This document shows positions 26,401 through 35,311 of a DNA stretch of 64,000 nucleotides, one piece after another. Every line of letters starts with the position of its first letter. Position 1 is the first letter of the stretch. A model generated the notes under the pieces. That model did not search any database. It worked only from the letters and a program-made list of their open reading frames with translations, and had not been told where the DNA came from. A program made the translations under genes and the position numbers. Origin of the DNA: an uncultured Trueperaceae bacterium (GTDB lineage Bacteria; Deinococcota; Deinococci; Deinococcales; Trueperaceae); the NCBI GenBank assembly GCA_963727505.1, contig CAVSGP010000004.1:928001-992000 (forward strand), given 5' to 3'.

Positions 26401-26940
26401 ATGCGTCGCACGCACAACTTCCTCGCCGCCGTCCTGCTGGTTTCCGTCATGGCGGGTCCCGGACCGGTCACAGGCTCCGGGCCCTGGGCCGCGGCGCAAT
26501 CGACGGGCACGGCGAGCGGCACAGCAACCGTGCGGGTTGCGCACGACGCCAATTACGGCGCCTACCTGACCAACGGCGCGGGACTGGCGCTGTACGTCGC
26601 CGCCCAGCCCGAGCACGTCGCCCGGATCAACGGCTCCGGCGTCCCGCCGATCGCCGCTTGCAACGGCACCTGCCTGCAGGTGTGGCCCCCTCAAACGACC
26701 GACGGCGCGCCCGTCGCCGGTGACGGGGTGAAGGCGGACCTTCTGAGCACGACGGAGGGACCGAACGGCGGCACGCAGGTCACCTATGCGGGCTGGCCGC
26801 TGTACACCTTCGCCGCCGACACGAGTGCAGGGACCACGTTCGGTCAGGCCGTGGTGCCGCCTCAGGGCGCAGCCACGGGCGCGGCCTGGTACCTGATGGC
26901 GCCCGACGGCACGGTCATCCTGATGAAGCCGACCGAGTAG
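26401..26940 (+). CDS. Secreted protein with COG4315-type Yx(FWY)xxD repeats
   Basis: YLTNGAGLALY, CNGTCLQVWPP, QVTYAGWPLYTFAAD, WYLMAPDG. Confidence 0.85.
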   Translation: MRRTHNFLAAVLLVSVMAGPGPVTGSGPWAAAQSTGTASGTATVRVAHDANYGAYLTNGAGLALYVAAQPEHVARINGSGVPPIAACNGTCLQVWPPQTTDGAPVAGDGVKADLLSTTEGPNGGTQVTYAGWPLYTFAADTSAGTTFGQAVVPPQGAATGAAWYLMAPDGTVILMKPTE

Positions 26941-26974
26941 GCGCCCTGCGCGGCCGGACGCTGGTCGCTGCCGA

Positions 26975-27904
26975 TCAGCGGAAGAGGGGGGCCATCGAGG
27001 TCGCGCCGGAGGCCTGGCCCAGCAGCGGCAACCCCCAGGCCTCCTCCAGCGTGCGCAGCAGCGCGTAGTGGTCGGTCGGCGTGTGGAGCGTGAACCCGCG
27101 CGGGCCTTCGCGGCTGATCACGATGGTGGCGATGTGGTTCGCCCCGAGCCCGAGCACGGACGCAACCCCCTGGGGCGCCTCGTCGAACGTCACCACGATG
27201 GCGCTATTGCCCGTCCACGCGCTCGAGGCCAGGATCGCCTGCACCCAGTGCTGCACGAAGGCGTCCCCCGCCCGGTCGAGGGCGTGCGCATCCTGGCAGT
27301 GCGAGGTGCCGTGCATGTCGTGGCACTGGTCGGGGACGATGAAGGCGAAGGCGGGCGCGTGGCCCGTCTCGAGGTCCGCTCCGAGTTGCTGGAGGGGCAC
27401 CACCCGAGCGGCCCTCGCCGGCGCGTCCGCGATGCTCGGGAAGAGCAGGAAGGGGTCGTGCTTCTTGGCGTACAGGCCGCCGGACCCGGCGAACGCGCCC
27501 TGGAATCCTGCCGACGGCAACGCCTGCATGTACGCCTTCCAGCCGAGCCCCGCGCCCTCCAGCTGCCCCGCCAGGGTGGGTTCGTTGAATGTCTGCGAGG
27601 GGTCGTCCGACTGGCTCCCCCACGTCCCCCCCGAGATCAGCGCCACGTAGTTGGGGAGGCTGGGGTGGCCCACCCCGTGGTGATCGGCGGCGAGCGCGTA
27701 GCGCCCGGCCAGGGCATTGAGGTTGGGCATGTCGGGATTGCCGATCACCTGGTCGTAGCCCCGGTTCTCCAGGACGATCAGGAACAGGTGGTCGAAGGGC
27801 GGCACGGGGGCGTCTGGGGGCGCGCTCCCCCCACCCTGCGCACCTGCCACGGCGAGCATCAGCATCGCCATCAACGTCGTCCACACGCGGGTCACCTGGA
27901 GCAT
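26975..27904 (-). CDS. Secreted phosphoesterase (acid phosphatase/SapM-like)
   Basis: Signal peptide, IVLENRGYD, HPSLPNYVAL, YAKKHDPF, HDMH, VTFDE, DHYALLRTLE. Confidence 0.88.
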   Translation of the reverse strand: MLQVTRVWTTLMAMLMLAVAGAQGGGSAPPDAPVPPFDHLFLIVLENRGYDQVIGNPDMPNLNALAGRYALAADHHGVGHPSLPNYVALISGGTWGSQSDDPSQTFNEPTLAGQLEGAGLGWKAYMQALPSAGFQGAFAGSGGLYAKKHDPFLLFPSIADAPARAARVVPLQQLGADLETGHAPAFAFIVPDQCHDMHGTSHCQDAHALDRAGDAFVQHWVQAILASSAWTGNSAIVVTFDEAPQGVASVLGLGANHIATIVISREGPRGFTLHTPTDHYALLRTLEEAWGLPLLGQASGATSMAPLFR

Positions 27905-28075
27905 CGCGTCCCCTTCCGCCTCACGGCCTTCGAAAGGCTACCCCGCCCGTCCGCGCCGGTGATGAACGCACCGTGTACCCGGCGTCGCGGACCGGCGTGC
28001 ACCGTGTGCACGTCCCCCGTGGTTGGATGGGTCCGGATCGACGATCGCCCCCTACGGGGCAGGAAAGGGAACGTC

Positions 28076-28924
28076 ATGCGCTACGCCACCGTCCTCAGCG
28101 AGAAGGGGCCCGCGCCCGCCATCGTGGTCCGCGACCGGCTGCTCACCTTCGACCGCCTGGCGCGCGAGACCGGCCGGGAGCTCCCTGCCAGCCTGCTCGC
28201 GACCGTGCTCGATGGCGACGTCGGCGTCCGGCGGGCCTACGCGGCCTGGCTCGAGCGCTTCGACCCCGATCGCCTCGCCGCCGCCTCGAGCGCACGCTTC
28301 ACGATGCCGTTCCGTCCGCCCGGCAAGATCTGGGGGATCGGCCTCAACTACCGCGACCACGCGCACGACCTCGACGAGGAGGTGCCACCGGCTCCCGCCA
28401 GCTTCATGCGGCCCCCCTCCAGCGCGATCGGCGACGGCGACACCATCCAGCTGCCGTCGGTCTCGAACCGGGTCACCGCCGAGGCCGAGCTGGCCGTGAT
28501 CTTCGGGCGCCGCACCCGCAACGTCGAGGCCGACGCCGCGTTCGGTGCGGTGTTCGGCTACACGACGGTGCTCGACATGACGGCTGAGGACATCCTCCGC
28601 GTGAATCCCCGTTTCCTGACGCGCGCCAAGAGCTTCGACGGCTTCTTCAGCTTCGGCCCCGTCATCGTGACGCCCGACGAGATCGCCGATGTGAGCGCCC
28701 TGACGGTGCGCATCGAAGTGAACGGCGCCGCCGGACCCGCCAACCAGGTCCGCAACATGACCTACGGCCCAGCCGAGCTCATCGCCTTCCACTCCAAGGG
28801 GATGACATGGGAACCCGGGGACATCCTCTCCACCGGCACGCCGGGTGCGGTCCCCATCGCTGTCGGGGACGAGATCGCCTGCCGCATCGAGGGCGTCGGC
28901 ACGCTGCGCAACACCGTGGCGTGA
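28076..28924 (+). CDS. Fumarylacetoacetate hydrolase family protein
   Basis: KIWGIGLNYRDH, EAELAVI, GYT..LDMT, KSFD, PGDILSTGTPG. Confidence 0.92.
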   Translation: MRYATVLSEKGPAPAIVVRDRLLTFDRLARETGRELPASLLATVLDGDVGVRRAYAAWLERFDPDRLAAASSARFTMPFRPPGKIWGIGLNYRDHAHDLDEEVPPAPASFMRPPSSAIGDGDTIQLPSVSNRVTAEAELAVIFGRRTRNVEADAAFGAVFGYTTVLDMTAEDILRVNPRFLTRAKSFDGFFSFGPVIVTPDEIADVSALTVRIEVNGAAGPANQVRNMTYGPAELIAFHSKGMTWEPGDILSTGTPGAVPIAVGDEIACRIEGVGTLRNTVA

Positions 28925-28970
28925 TGACTGTGGCGTGATGACTGTGGCGTGAGGACTGTGGCGTGAGGAC
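28916..28970 (+). repeat. 14-bp tandem repeat x4 beginning at the FAH stop codon
   Basis: GTGGCGTGA(T/G)GACT x4. Confidence 0.92.
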
Positions 28971-29001
28971 CCAGCGGTGAGGATCGGGGCGTGAGTCCGG
29001 G

Positions 29002-29601
29002 CTAGAGGCGCAGCAGCCCGACCCCGAACAGTGCCAGCGAGGGGACGTAGACCGTCCATGCGAAGTGGGTCGGCGTGCTCACCAGGAACGCGCCGACCAG
29101 AACGACACCGCCTGTCACGCCCATCGCTACCGCCCACGCGCCGGAGCCGGCTTCGTCGGTACGCAGCAGGCGGACGCCCCCAACCACCAGCAGCACCGCG
29201 ATCAGTGCCGGCGCAAGGACCGGCCCCCACCAGGGCGCGGGGATCAGGAACAGCAGGTCCCCATCGAACGCGCCGCGGGGCCAACCCACCAGCGCGGCGA
29301 GCGCCAGGTAGTAAGCAAGGTCCCAGATCCCGAAGACGAAGGCGAAGGCGCCGAGCCGTTGCCGCCAGCTTCGAGCGGCCAGCAGGGCCACGGCCAGGAT
29401 CATCACCAGCGTGGCGAGCTCCCGAGCGAGCTCCATGCCGCGGACGGAGGCCCACACAGCCCCGTGCGGAGGCGCCACCACGTCGTGCACCCCCACGCCC
29501 AGCAGGCGCCGCAGGTAGATCACCACGACGGCCTCGAGCAGGCCCATCGCCGCGGCGTAGGCGAGCAGCGTCGCGATGCGCGCCCAGCTCCTCGGCCGCA
29601 A
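29002..29601 (-). CDS. Conserved integral membrane protein
   Basis: AMGLLEAVVVIYLR, ELARELATLVM, FGIWDLAYY, DLLFLIPAPWWGPVLAP; several TM helices. Confidence 0.8.
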   Translation of the reverse strand: MRPRSWARIATLLAYAAAMGLLEAVVVIYLRRLLGVGVHDVVAPPHGAVWASVRGMELARELATLVMILAVALLAARSWRQRLGAFAFVFGIWDLAYYLALAALVGWPRGAFDGDLLFLIPAPWWGPVLAPALIAVLLVVGGVRLLRTDEAGSGAWAVAMGVTGGVVLVGAFLVSTPTHFAWTVYVPSLALFGVGLLRL

Positions 29602-29606
29602 CCGGC

Positions 29607-30536
29607 TCAGCCCAACCCCTCGACCACCCGCCGCACGCCGTGGAGCAGGCGTGCGGGCGTGTCCGGCGGTACGGTGCAGCCAGGCCCGATGATCAAGCCC
29701 GCGCGCCCCGCCTCGGCGACCGCTCGGCGGATGCCCAGCTCCGCCTCGCCGAGCGTCTGCGTAGCGAAGGCGAGCTCGTCGATGCCGCCGATCAGGGCGC
29801 GGTCCGTGAGCTCGCGCGCCTGCGCGAGCGACGGTTCGGCATGGCGGTGCGACCAGCTGAACGCCTCCACCGGGTAGTCCTCCACGCGCTCGAAGGCGAG
29901 GGCGAAACCGTGGACGTGCCCGATCCGCACCATCCCGTGCGCGGCCTCCAGCACCGCGCGGTCGAAGGGGGCGCAGAGCTCGTCGAACTCGCGCCGCTCG
30001 AGCCCGCCATGCTCCACCGGGACCGCGCCGTTGATCGAGTAGAAGACCCCGTCGGCCCCGGCCTCGCGGACGGCGCCGACGTAGCCCACCAGCGTCTCCT
30101 GCACCGCCCGGAGCGCGCTACGAGCGGCGCGCGGCTCGCTCCGCACCAGCGCCAGGACACTCTGGCCGGCCGATCGAATCAGCGTCTGCAACGGATCGAA
30201 CAGTGTCTCGACAACCGGCACGTCAGGACCGACCGCGTCGCGGATGCGGCGCACGACCTCCAGCTGCCCGGACAGCGGCGGGGCGTCCGGCGCCAGCGGC
30301 TTCACCGCGTGCAGCGCGTCGGCCGACGCCAGGTCTGCATCGTCCACGAGCGGGAGGCGGTAGTCGTTCATCACCTTGACGAAATCCCAGTCGTAGGCGC
30401 TCTGATAGCGAACGTGCAGCTCCGCGACCTCGGTCGGCGTCAGGTGCTCACTGGCGAAGTGCAGCCACACGCTGACGGGCGGCCGGTCGGTGTGCGCGCC
30501 GCGCAGCGCAGCCTCGAAGCGCTCTCGCTTGTTCAT
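29607..30536 (-). CDS. Uroporphyrinogen decarboxylase-like (URO-D/CIMS superfamily) protein
   Basis: MNKRERF..AL.G...DRPPVS.W.HF, AGADGVFY, IIGPGCTVPPDTP; lacks the HemE MRQAGR motif. Confidence 0.8.
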   Translation of the reverse strand: MNKRERFEAALRGAHTDRPPVSVWLHFASEHLTPTEVAELHVRYQSAYDWDFVKVMNDYRLPLVDDADLASADALHAVKPLAPDAPPLSGQLEVVRRIRDAVGPDVPVVETLFDPLQTLIRSAGQSVLALVRSEPRAARSALRAVQETLVGYVGAVREAGADGVFYSINGAVPVEHGGLERREFDELCAPFDRAVLEAAHGMVRIGHVHGFALAFERVEDYPVEAFSWSHRHAEPSLAQARELTDRALIGGIDELAFATQTLGEAELGIRRAVAEAGRAGLIIGPGCTVPPDTPARLLHGVRRVVEGLG

Positions 30537-30549
30537 GGACACCACCCCT

Positions 30550-31761
30550 TCACACCGGTCCGCAGCACGGGTCGGGACAGCCTTCCGGGAAGCTCCGGCC
30601 GTCGGCCAGCGCCGCACCGAGCTCGGCCCGGGCCCGCGGCCGGCCGGGCAGCGGGGCCCTCAGGTACACCGCCCCGACCGGCCGCGGCCCGACCGGGATG
30701 AGCTTGCGGATCTGGAAGCCGGGCACGTCGATCGCGGCGACCGCGTCGCGCCCGGGCAACGGGACGAACATGGTCGAGCCCGCGTCGCCGCCGTAGAGGA
30801 ACGTGCCGGCCACCGGGCGGCTCCCCGGGGGGAACGGCACCTTCGCCACCACCTTCAGCGCCTGCGTGTCGATCACCGAGACCTCGTCGGACTCACGGCA
30901 GATCACCATGCCATAGCCGCCGTCGGGCGTGATCTCGCTGGTGAGTGGCATCCGCCCGAGCCCGTCGGACGTCGATAGCCGCGCCACCTCTTGCGGGTGC
31001 GCCGGATCGGCGAGATCGAAGATCGACTCACTCCCGGTCGGCGACCCTCCCGACACCACCGCGTTCTCCACGAAGAGAACGTTCCCCGTCGGACTCACGG
31101 TCGCCATGTAGGGCTCCAGCGGACCACCGCCCGCCTTGCGCGCAAGCTGCAAGCGCGAGGCGACCCGGAGGGCGCCGACGTCGACGGTGGTGAGGGTGTC
31201 CCGTCCACGGTCCGGAAGGTAGGCGTAGTCGCCAATGGCGCGAACGGTCACGTCGCACGGCTGCGAGCCCGAGGGCTGGTCGAGGCTGGCGAGAACGGTT
31301 CCGAACGTCGGGCTGGTAGGCTCCGCGTCGACCCGGAGCAGGCGGTCGCGGTCGCGCGCTGCCACCAACAACGCGGCGCCGTCGGGCGTCAACTCGGTGT
31401 AGTTCTGGCTCGAGCCGGTCGCCACGTGCGCCACCCGGCGCCCGCTCGACAGCTGGAAAGCGTCGACCGAGCCGCTCTCGGCGAAACCGCTCCAGATGAG
31501 GTCGCGTTCGGGATCCCAGCGCGTGGCGGGGAAGCTGAAGGCGCCGGCCAGCGGGAGCGTGGCGAGCACCTCGAGGGAGGCCGGGTCGATCAGGGTGACG
31601 CTGGCGCCGCCGTTGTTGGAGACCACGATGAGATCGCGCTTCGGCGCACCCTGCGCGGTTGCGAAGCGCCAGGATCCCAGCGCGAGCAGGGCGGCACTCC
31701 CGACGGCGCCCTTGAGGAACGTCCGTCGCGACGGATCGCGTTCGTCCTTGGAGCTCGCCAT
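30550..31761 (-). CDS. Tat-exported YncE/YVTN beta-propeller protein with C-terminal Cys cluster
   Basis: SRRTFLK twin-arginine signal, TPDG/SPTG repeats, IPVGPRP, terminal CPDPCCGPV. Confidence 0.78.
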   Translation of the reverse strand: MASSKDERDPSRRTFLKGAVGSAALLALGSWRFATAQGAPKRDLIVVSNNGGASVTLIDPASLEVLATLPLAGAFSFPATRWDPERDLIWSGFAESGSVDAFQLSSGRRVAHVATGSSQNYTELTPDGAALLVAARDRDRLLRVDAEPTSPTFGTVLASLDQPSGSQPCDVTVRAIGDYAYLPDRGRDTLTTVDVGALRVASRLQLARKAGGGPLEPYMATVSPTGNVLFVENAVVSGGSPTGSESIFDLADPAHPQEVARLSTSDGLGRMPLTSEITPDGGYGMVICRESDEVSVIDTQALKVVAKVPFPPGSRPVAGTFLYGGDAGSTMFVPLPGRDAVAAIDVPGFQIRKLIPVGPRPVGAVYLRAPLPGRPRARAELGAALADGRSFPEGCPDPCCGPV

Positions 31762-31955
31762 GCCGCCTCTCCCTTCACGCAGCCGCGCGGGCCTCGGCCA
31801 CCGGTCTTGTCAGCATAGGCCACCGCCAGAGCGTCTGCCGTCATGGCGCGCGCGTGGCACGCGGGCCGGCTCGACCGCGGCACGCAGCACGGCGGACCCA
31901 GGCAACGCAGGGCCGAGCCGGTCCGACCATGACCGCTCCGGCGTGGCTCGCAGCC

Positions 31956-32375
31956 TCAGCCCACGTCTCGAAGAGCGTCGCGCCAGTCGTCGAGCGGCCG
32001 GTCGGGAAGCTCCCGGTAGTCCGCTTCCGGCGTGGCCGAGGAGAAGAAGCAGTAGAGCCTCAGCACCTCCGGCCCGGGGTTGACGGTGGCGTGGCGGGCG
32101 CCGGCGGGGACGATCCAGGCGTCCCCCTCTCCCACGCGCGTCCACCTGCCCTCCACCCACAGCGCGCCGCGCCCCCGCGCCACCACGATGACCTCCTCCA
32201 TCGTGTCGTGCACGTGCGGCACGCGGGGGCTGGCATCGTCCTGCGGCTCGACATCGACCGTGCGGAACGAACAGGAGGCGGCGGAACCGGTCCGGGCCGA
32301 GAACACCTCGCGCACCGAGCGGTTGGGGAGCCGGTACGCCTCCACCTCGTCGATGGTGCGCACGCTCGCCTTCAT
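31956..32375 (-). CDS. Cupin domain protein
   Basis: PHVHDTMEEVIVVARG and GDAWIVPAGARH metal-binding cupin motifs. Confidence 0.88.
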   Translation of the reverse strand: MKASVRTIDEVEAYRLPNRSVREVFSARTGSAASCSFRTVDVEPQDDASPRVPHVHDTMEEVIVVARGRGALWVEGRWTRVGEGDAWIVPAGARHATVNPGPEVLRLYCFFSSATPEADYRELPDRPLDDWRDALRDVG

Positions 32376-32454
32376 GCGTTCCTCGTCGCCATACGAGATC
32401 GCTGCCGCCGCGCATCCGCCGCCCGTCGCAGACCGGACGTCCGGCGCCGCCGGC

Positions 32455-33234
32455 TCATGCTGATCCGTCCGGCAGCTCGGCCATGGCGGCGCTCGCCTCG
32501 CGCACGTCGGCGGCGATGCGGTCGGCCACGCCCGCGACGACGCGGGCCGCCTTCTCCGCCGTCGCCTGTTCCGGCGCGCCGTACCAGCCTGTCGCAGCAA
32601 TCTGACGGACGTCGTGGAGCACCGGCCGCACGTTGGGGTTGCGGCGCACCGCGTCGATGCGCCGGCCGCGGCCGGGAGGCGAAGGGTTGGTGGCACGCTC
32701 CACGTGGACCAGGGCGGGGTCGAAGGCCAGCACCGGCAGGACCTCCAGCTCGCCGCCGTGGGTGAGCCCGCCGGTCTCGTCGCCGAAGAGGTCGCGCGCC
32801 ACGTAGCAGGCCTCGACCTTGAGGACCTCCATCCCCAGCTCGTGGTGGATGCGGCTGGCCGCGACGCCGATGGCGTCGCTGTTGCCCTCGTGCCAGTTGA
32901 GGATGACGACGCGCTCGGCGCCATGCTGGGCCACGCTGCCCGCGAGATCGAGCATGACCGCCACGAAGGTCTCGGGGCGGAGCGTCACCGTGCCGGCGAA
33001 CCCCATATGGAAGGGCGTGATGCCCATCGGCGCGAACGGGACCACCAGGGCCCCGAGCCGCTCGGCGACCGCCCGCGCGAACACCAGCGCCGCGATCCAG
33101 TCGGTCCCGCACGGCAGGTGAGGGCCGTGTTGCTCCACCGAGCCGGTCGGGATGATCACCGTCTTGCTGGCCTCCAGCAGCGCCTCGGCCTCGGGCTGCG
33201 TGATGTCCATCAGGTCGTTGGGGTGGGTCGTCAC
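32455..33234 (-). CDS. Creatininase-family amidohydrolase
   Basis: PTGSVEQHGPHLPCGTD, NWHEGN, HGGELE, A.AEKA; GTG start with AGGAGG RBS. Confidence 0.9.
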   Translation of the reverse strand: MTTHPNDLMDITQPEAEALLEASKTVIIPTGSVEQHGPHLPCGTDWIAALVFARAVAERLGALVVPFAPMGITPFHMGFAGTVTLRPETFVAVMLDLAGSVAQHGAERVVILNWHEGNSDAIGVAASRIHHELGMEVLKVEACYVARDLFGDETGGLTHGGELEVLPVLAFDPALVHVERATNPSPPGRGRRIDAVRRNPNVRPVLHDVRQIAATGWYGAPEQATAEKAARVVAGVADRIAADVREASAAMAELPDGSA

Positions 33235-33242
33235 GTTCCTCC

Positions 33243-33551
33243 TCAGCCTTCCGCCGAAGCGGTGTCCGCCGGGTCCACCCTGCCCAGCAGCGTCACCACG
33301 TCGGTGGTGTTGTGCAGGATCTCGTCGGGGAACACGATGGTGATGGCGTTCGTCGGGCACACGGACTCGCAGTGACCGCAGTACCAGCACTCGTCCGGGA
33401 ACGCCACCACCGGCAAGGTCTCCCGGTCGCCCTCCTCCTTGTAGATGATGTCGCCGGGGCACACCCAGTCGCACAGCGTGCACCGGATGCAGGTGTTGGG
33501 ATCGATCTGGATGGGATTGTGCGCGCTCGCCGCGCCGTCGCCATGTTCCAT
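33243..33551 (-). CDS. 2x[4Fe-4S] ferredoxin (AprB-like)
   Basis: CIRCTLCDWVCPGD and ECWYCGHCESVCP. Confidence 0.9.
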   Translation of the reverse strand: MEHGDGAASAHNPIQIDPNTCIRCTLCDWVCPGDIIYKEEGDRETLPVVAFPDECWYCGHCESVCPTNAITIVFPDEILHNTTDVVTLLGRVDPADTASAEG

Positions 33552-33558
33552 GCTCGTC

Positions 33559-35283
33559 CTAGCCTCCCTTTCCTGGTTGCCGTCGCGGGAACGCCGAGGC
33601 GAGCGGCATCTGCGCCGACAGCGTGGTCACGCTCGGTCCCTCGGCCGTGCGGTCGACCAACACGAAGGAACGCCAATGGGCGTTGTCGGTCTCGGGATAG
33701 TCGATGCGCCAGTGCGCCGATCCGGTCCGCGTTTCCTGGCGCTCCAGCGCCGCCTCGGCGAGCAGCTCCGCGTTCAGGCGGATGTTGCGCGCCTCGTGCA
33801 CACGCATCAGGCCGTGCGTGTGTGTCGCACCCAGCGCTGCCCCCTCGCGCCGCAACGCCCGCAAGGTGTCGAGCGCGTGGCGCAGTCCGCGCTCGGTGCG
33901 CCGTACGCCGGCGAAGTCGGTGACCGTGTGCCGGATGCGATCCTCGAAGGCCTGCCAGGAGGGACCGCCTGGCTGCCGGAGATGGACGGTCGCCTCGCCG
34001 ATCAGCCGTTCCAACTCGCCGGGGTCCACCTCGGGCAGCGTGCCCCCCTCCTTGACGTACTGCACGATGCCCTCCCCGGCGATGTGGCCCAGCGTCGCCG
34101 CTCCGGCGATACCGCCGCTGACCGTAGCGCTGTCGCCTGCCGAGAACAGGCCGCGGACGGACGACTCGGCGTTGGCGTCGACAGCGATGCCGCTGCCGCG
34201 GAAGTAGAGCCCGCTTCGGCGGATGCTGAGCTCGGAGATCGACACCTCGACGGGGTCGGTGCGGAAATCCACGCCCTTCTGCCGGTAGAACGCCGGCAGG
34301 GTGTGCCGGTCGATCTGCAATGTCTCCTCCATGTGGTCGAGAACGTCGGTGGGGAGGTGGCGGCAGTCGAGGTAGATGGGACCGTTACCCTCCAGATACT
34401 CCTTGATGACGCCGTCGGCAAGCACGGCCCGGCGCGCGTTCTCCCCCTTGGGATCGTAGCGGAACATGAAACGCTCGCCCTGGCGATTGAGGAAGTAGGC
34501 GCCCAGGCTGACGAGCGCGTTGAGCCCCTGGGTCGAGAAACCCTTGGGGGTCAGCGTCGTCTCCGTGAACTCCATGTTGGCCAGGGTGGCGCCGGCGCGG
34601 TAGCCCATCGCCTGGGCGTCCCCGGTGTTGTACGGGCAGTGCCAGCTATCGAAGGCGAGCCCCGAAGCGTTCATGGACAGGCGGTTGACGTCCCCCGTCG
34701 AAAGCACCACGGCGCGCGCCCGCACGTAGTACCAGGCGCCAGAACGGATATCGAAGGCCAGCACGCCGTAGGCGCGGCCGTCCTCCACCAGCACCTGGAC
34801 CCCCATGGTGCGAGCCAGCACGGTGGCCTTGCCCCGCCGCACGCGTTGACCGATGTGGTGCTTGAAGCGGGTGCCGTCGAAGTTGATGTGGTAGGCGCCG
34901 GGAAGCCCGAACGAGCGGTGGCGGTCGTAGGTCCCGGTACGCGGGTCCTTGAAGTCGACGCCCAGCGCCTCGAGCTTGCGCAGCACGCGCGGCATCTCGC
35001 GGACCACCCGGTCGGTGACTTCCATGTCGACGATGCCGTCGGTCAGGTCGGGGATGTGCTTGAGGAGGAACTCCGGGGTGTCCCATTCGGGCCCCGTCTC
35101 CATGATCGTCAGATAGTGGTCGACGCCGCCGCCGACCGAGCCGCTGCGTTCGAGCAGCTTGCCCTTGTCACAGATCACGACCTCCAGCCCGGCCTCCAGC
35201 GCCGGGATCGCTGCCATGCAGCCGGCGACCCCACCGCCGACCACGGCAACGTCGGTCTCGAGCCGGATCACGTCGTCGTTCAC
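33559..35283 (-). CDS. FAD-dependent oxidoreductase, AprA-like (SdhA/FrdA/AprA superfamily)
   Basis: VVGGGVAG, RSGSVGGGVDH, NTGDAQAMGYRAGA..ANMEF, GLFSAGD, RQETR..HWRIDYPETD. Confidence 0.85.
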   Translation of the reverse strand: MNDDVIRLETDVAVVGGGVAGCMAAIPALEAGLEVVICDKGKLLERSGSVGGGVDHYLTIMETGPEWDTPEFLLKHIPDLTDGIVDMEVTDRVVREMPRVLRKLEALGVDFKDPRTGTYDRHRSFGLPGAYHINFDGTRFKHHIGQRVRRGKATVLARTMGVQVLVEDGRAYGVLAFDIRSGAWYYVRARAVVLSTGDVNRLSMNASGLAFDSWHCPYNTGDAQAMGYRAGATLANMEFTETTLTPKGFSTQGLNALVSLGAYFLNRQGERFMFRYDPKGENARRAVLADGVIKEYLEGNGPIYLDCRHLPTDVLDHMEETLQIDRHTLPAFYRQKGVDFRTDPVEVSISELSIRRSGLYFRGSGIAVDANAESSVRGLFSAGDSATVSGGIAGAATLGHIAGEGIVQYVKEGGTLPEVDPGELERLIGEATVHLRQPGGPSWQAFEDRIRHTVTDFAGVRRTERGLRHALDTLRALRREGAALGATHTHGLMRVHEARNIRLNAELLAEAALERQETRTGSAHWRIDYPETDNAHWRSFVLVDRTAEGPSVTTLSAQMPLASAFPRRQPGKGG

Positions 35284-35311
35284 GGCAAGCCTCCTTCACG
35301 GCAGGGCACCC

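Noticed and set aside
28916..28970. Possible CRISPR array (also 42365-42428)
   Set aside because: Contiguous 14-bp units with no spacers and no cas genes.
29607..30536. Calling this gene hemE
   Set aside because: Missing the HemE MRQAGR signature; only superfamily-level similarity.
33243..35283. Calling these genes sdhAB or bona fide dissimilatory aprAB
   Set aside because: No membrane anchors or 2Fe-2S subunit, no sat/qmo/aprM nearby, and specificity cannot be assigned by eye.
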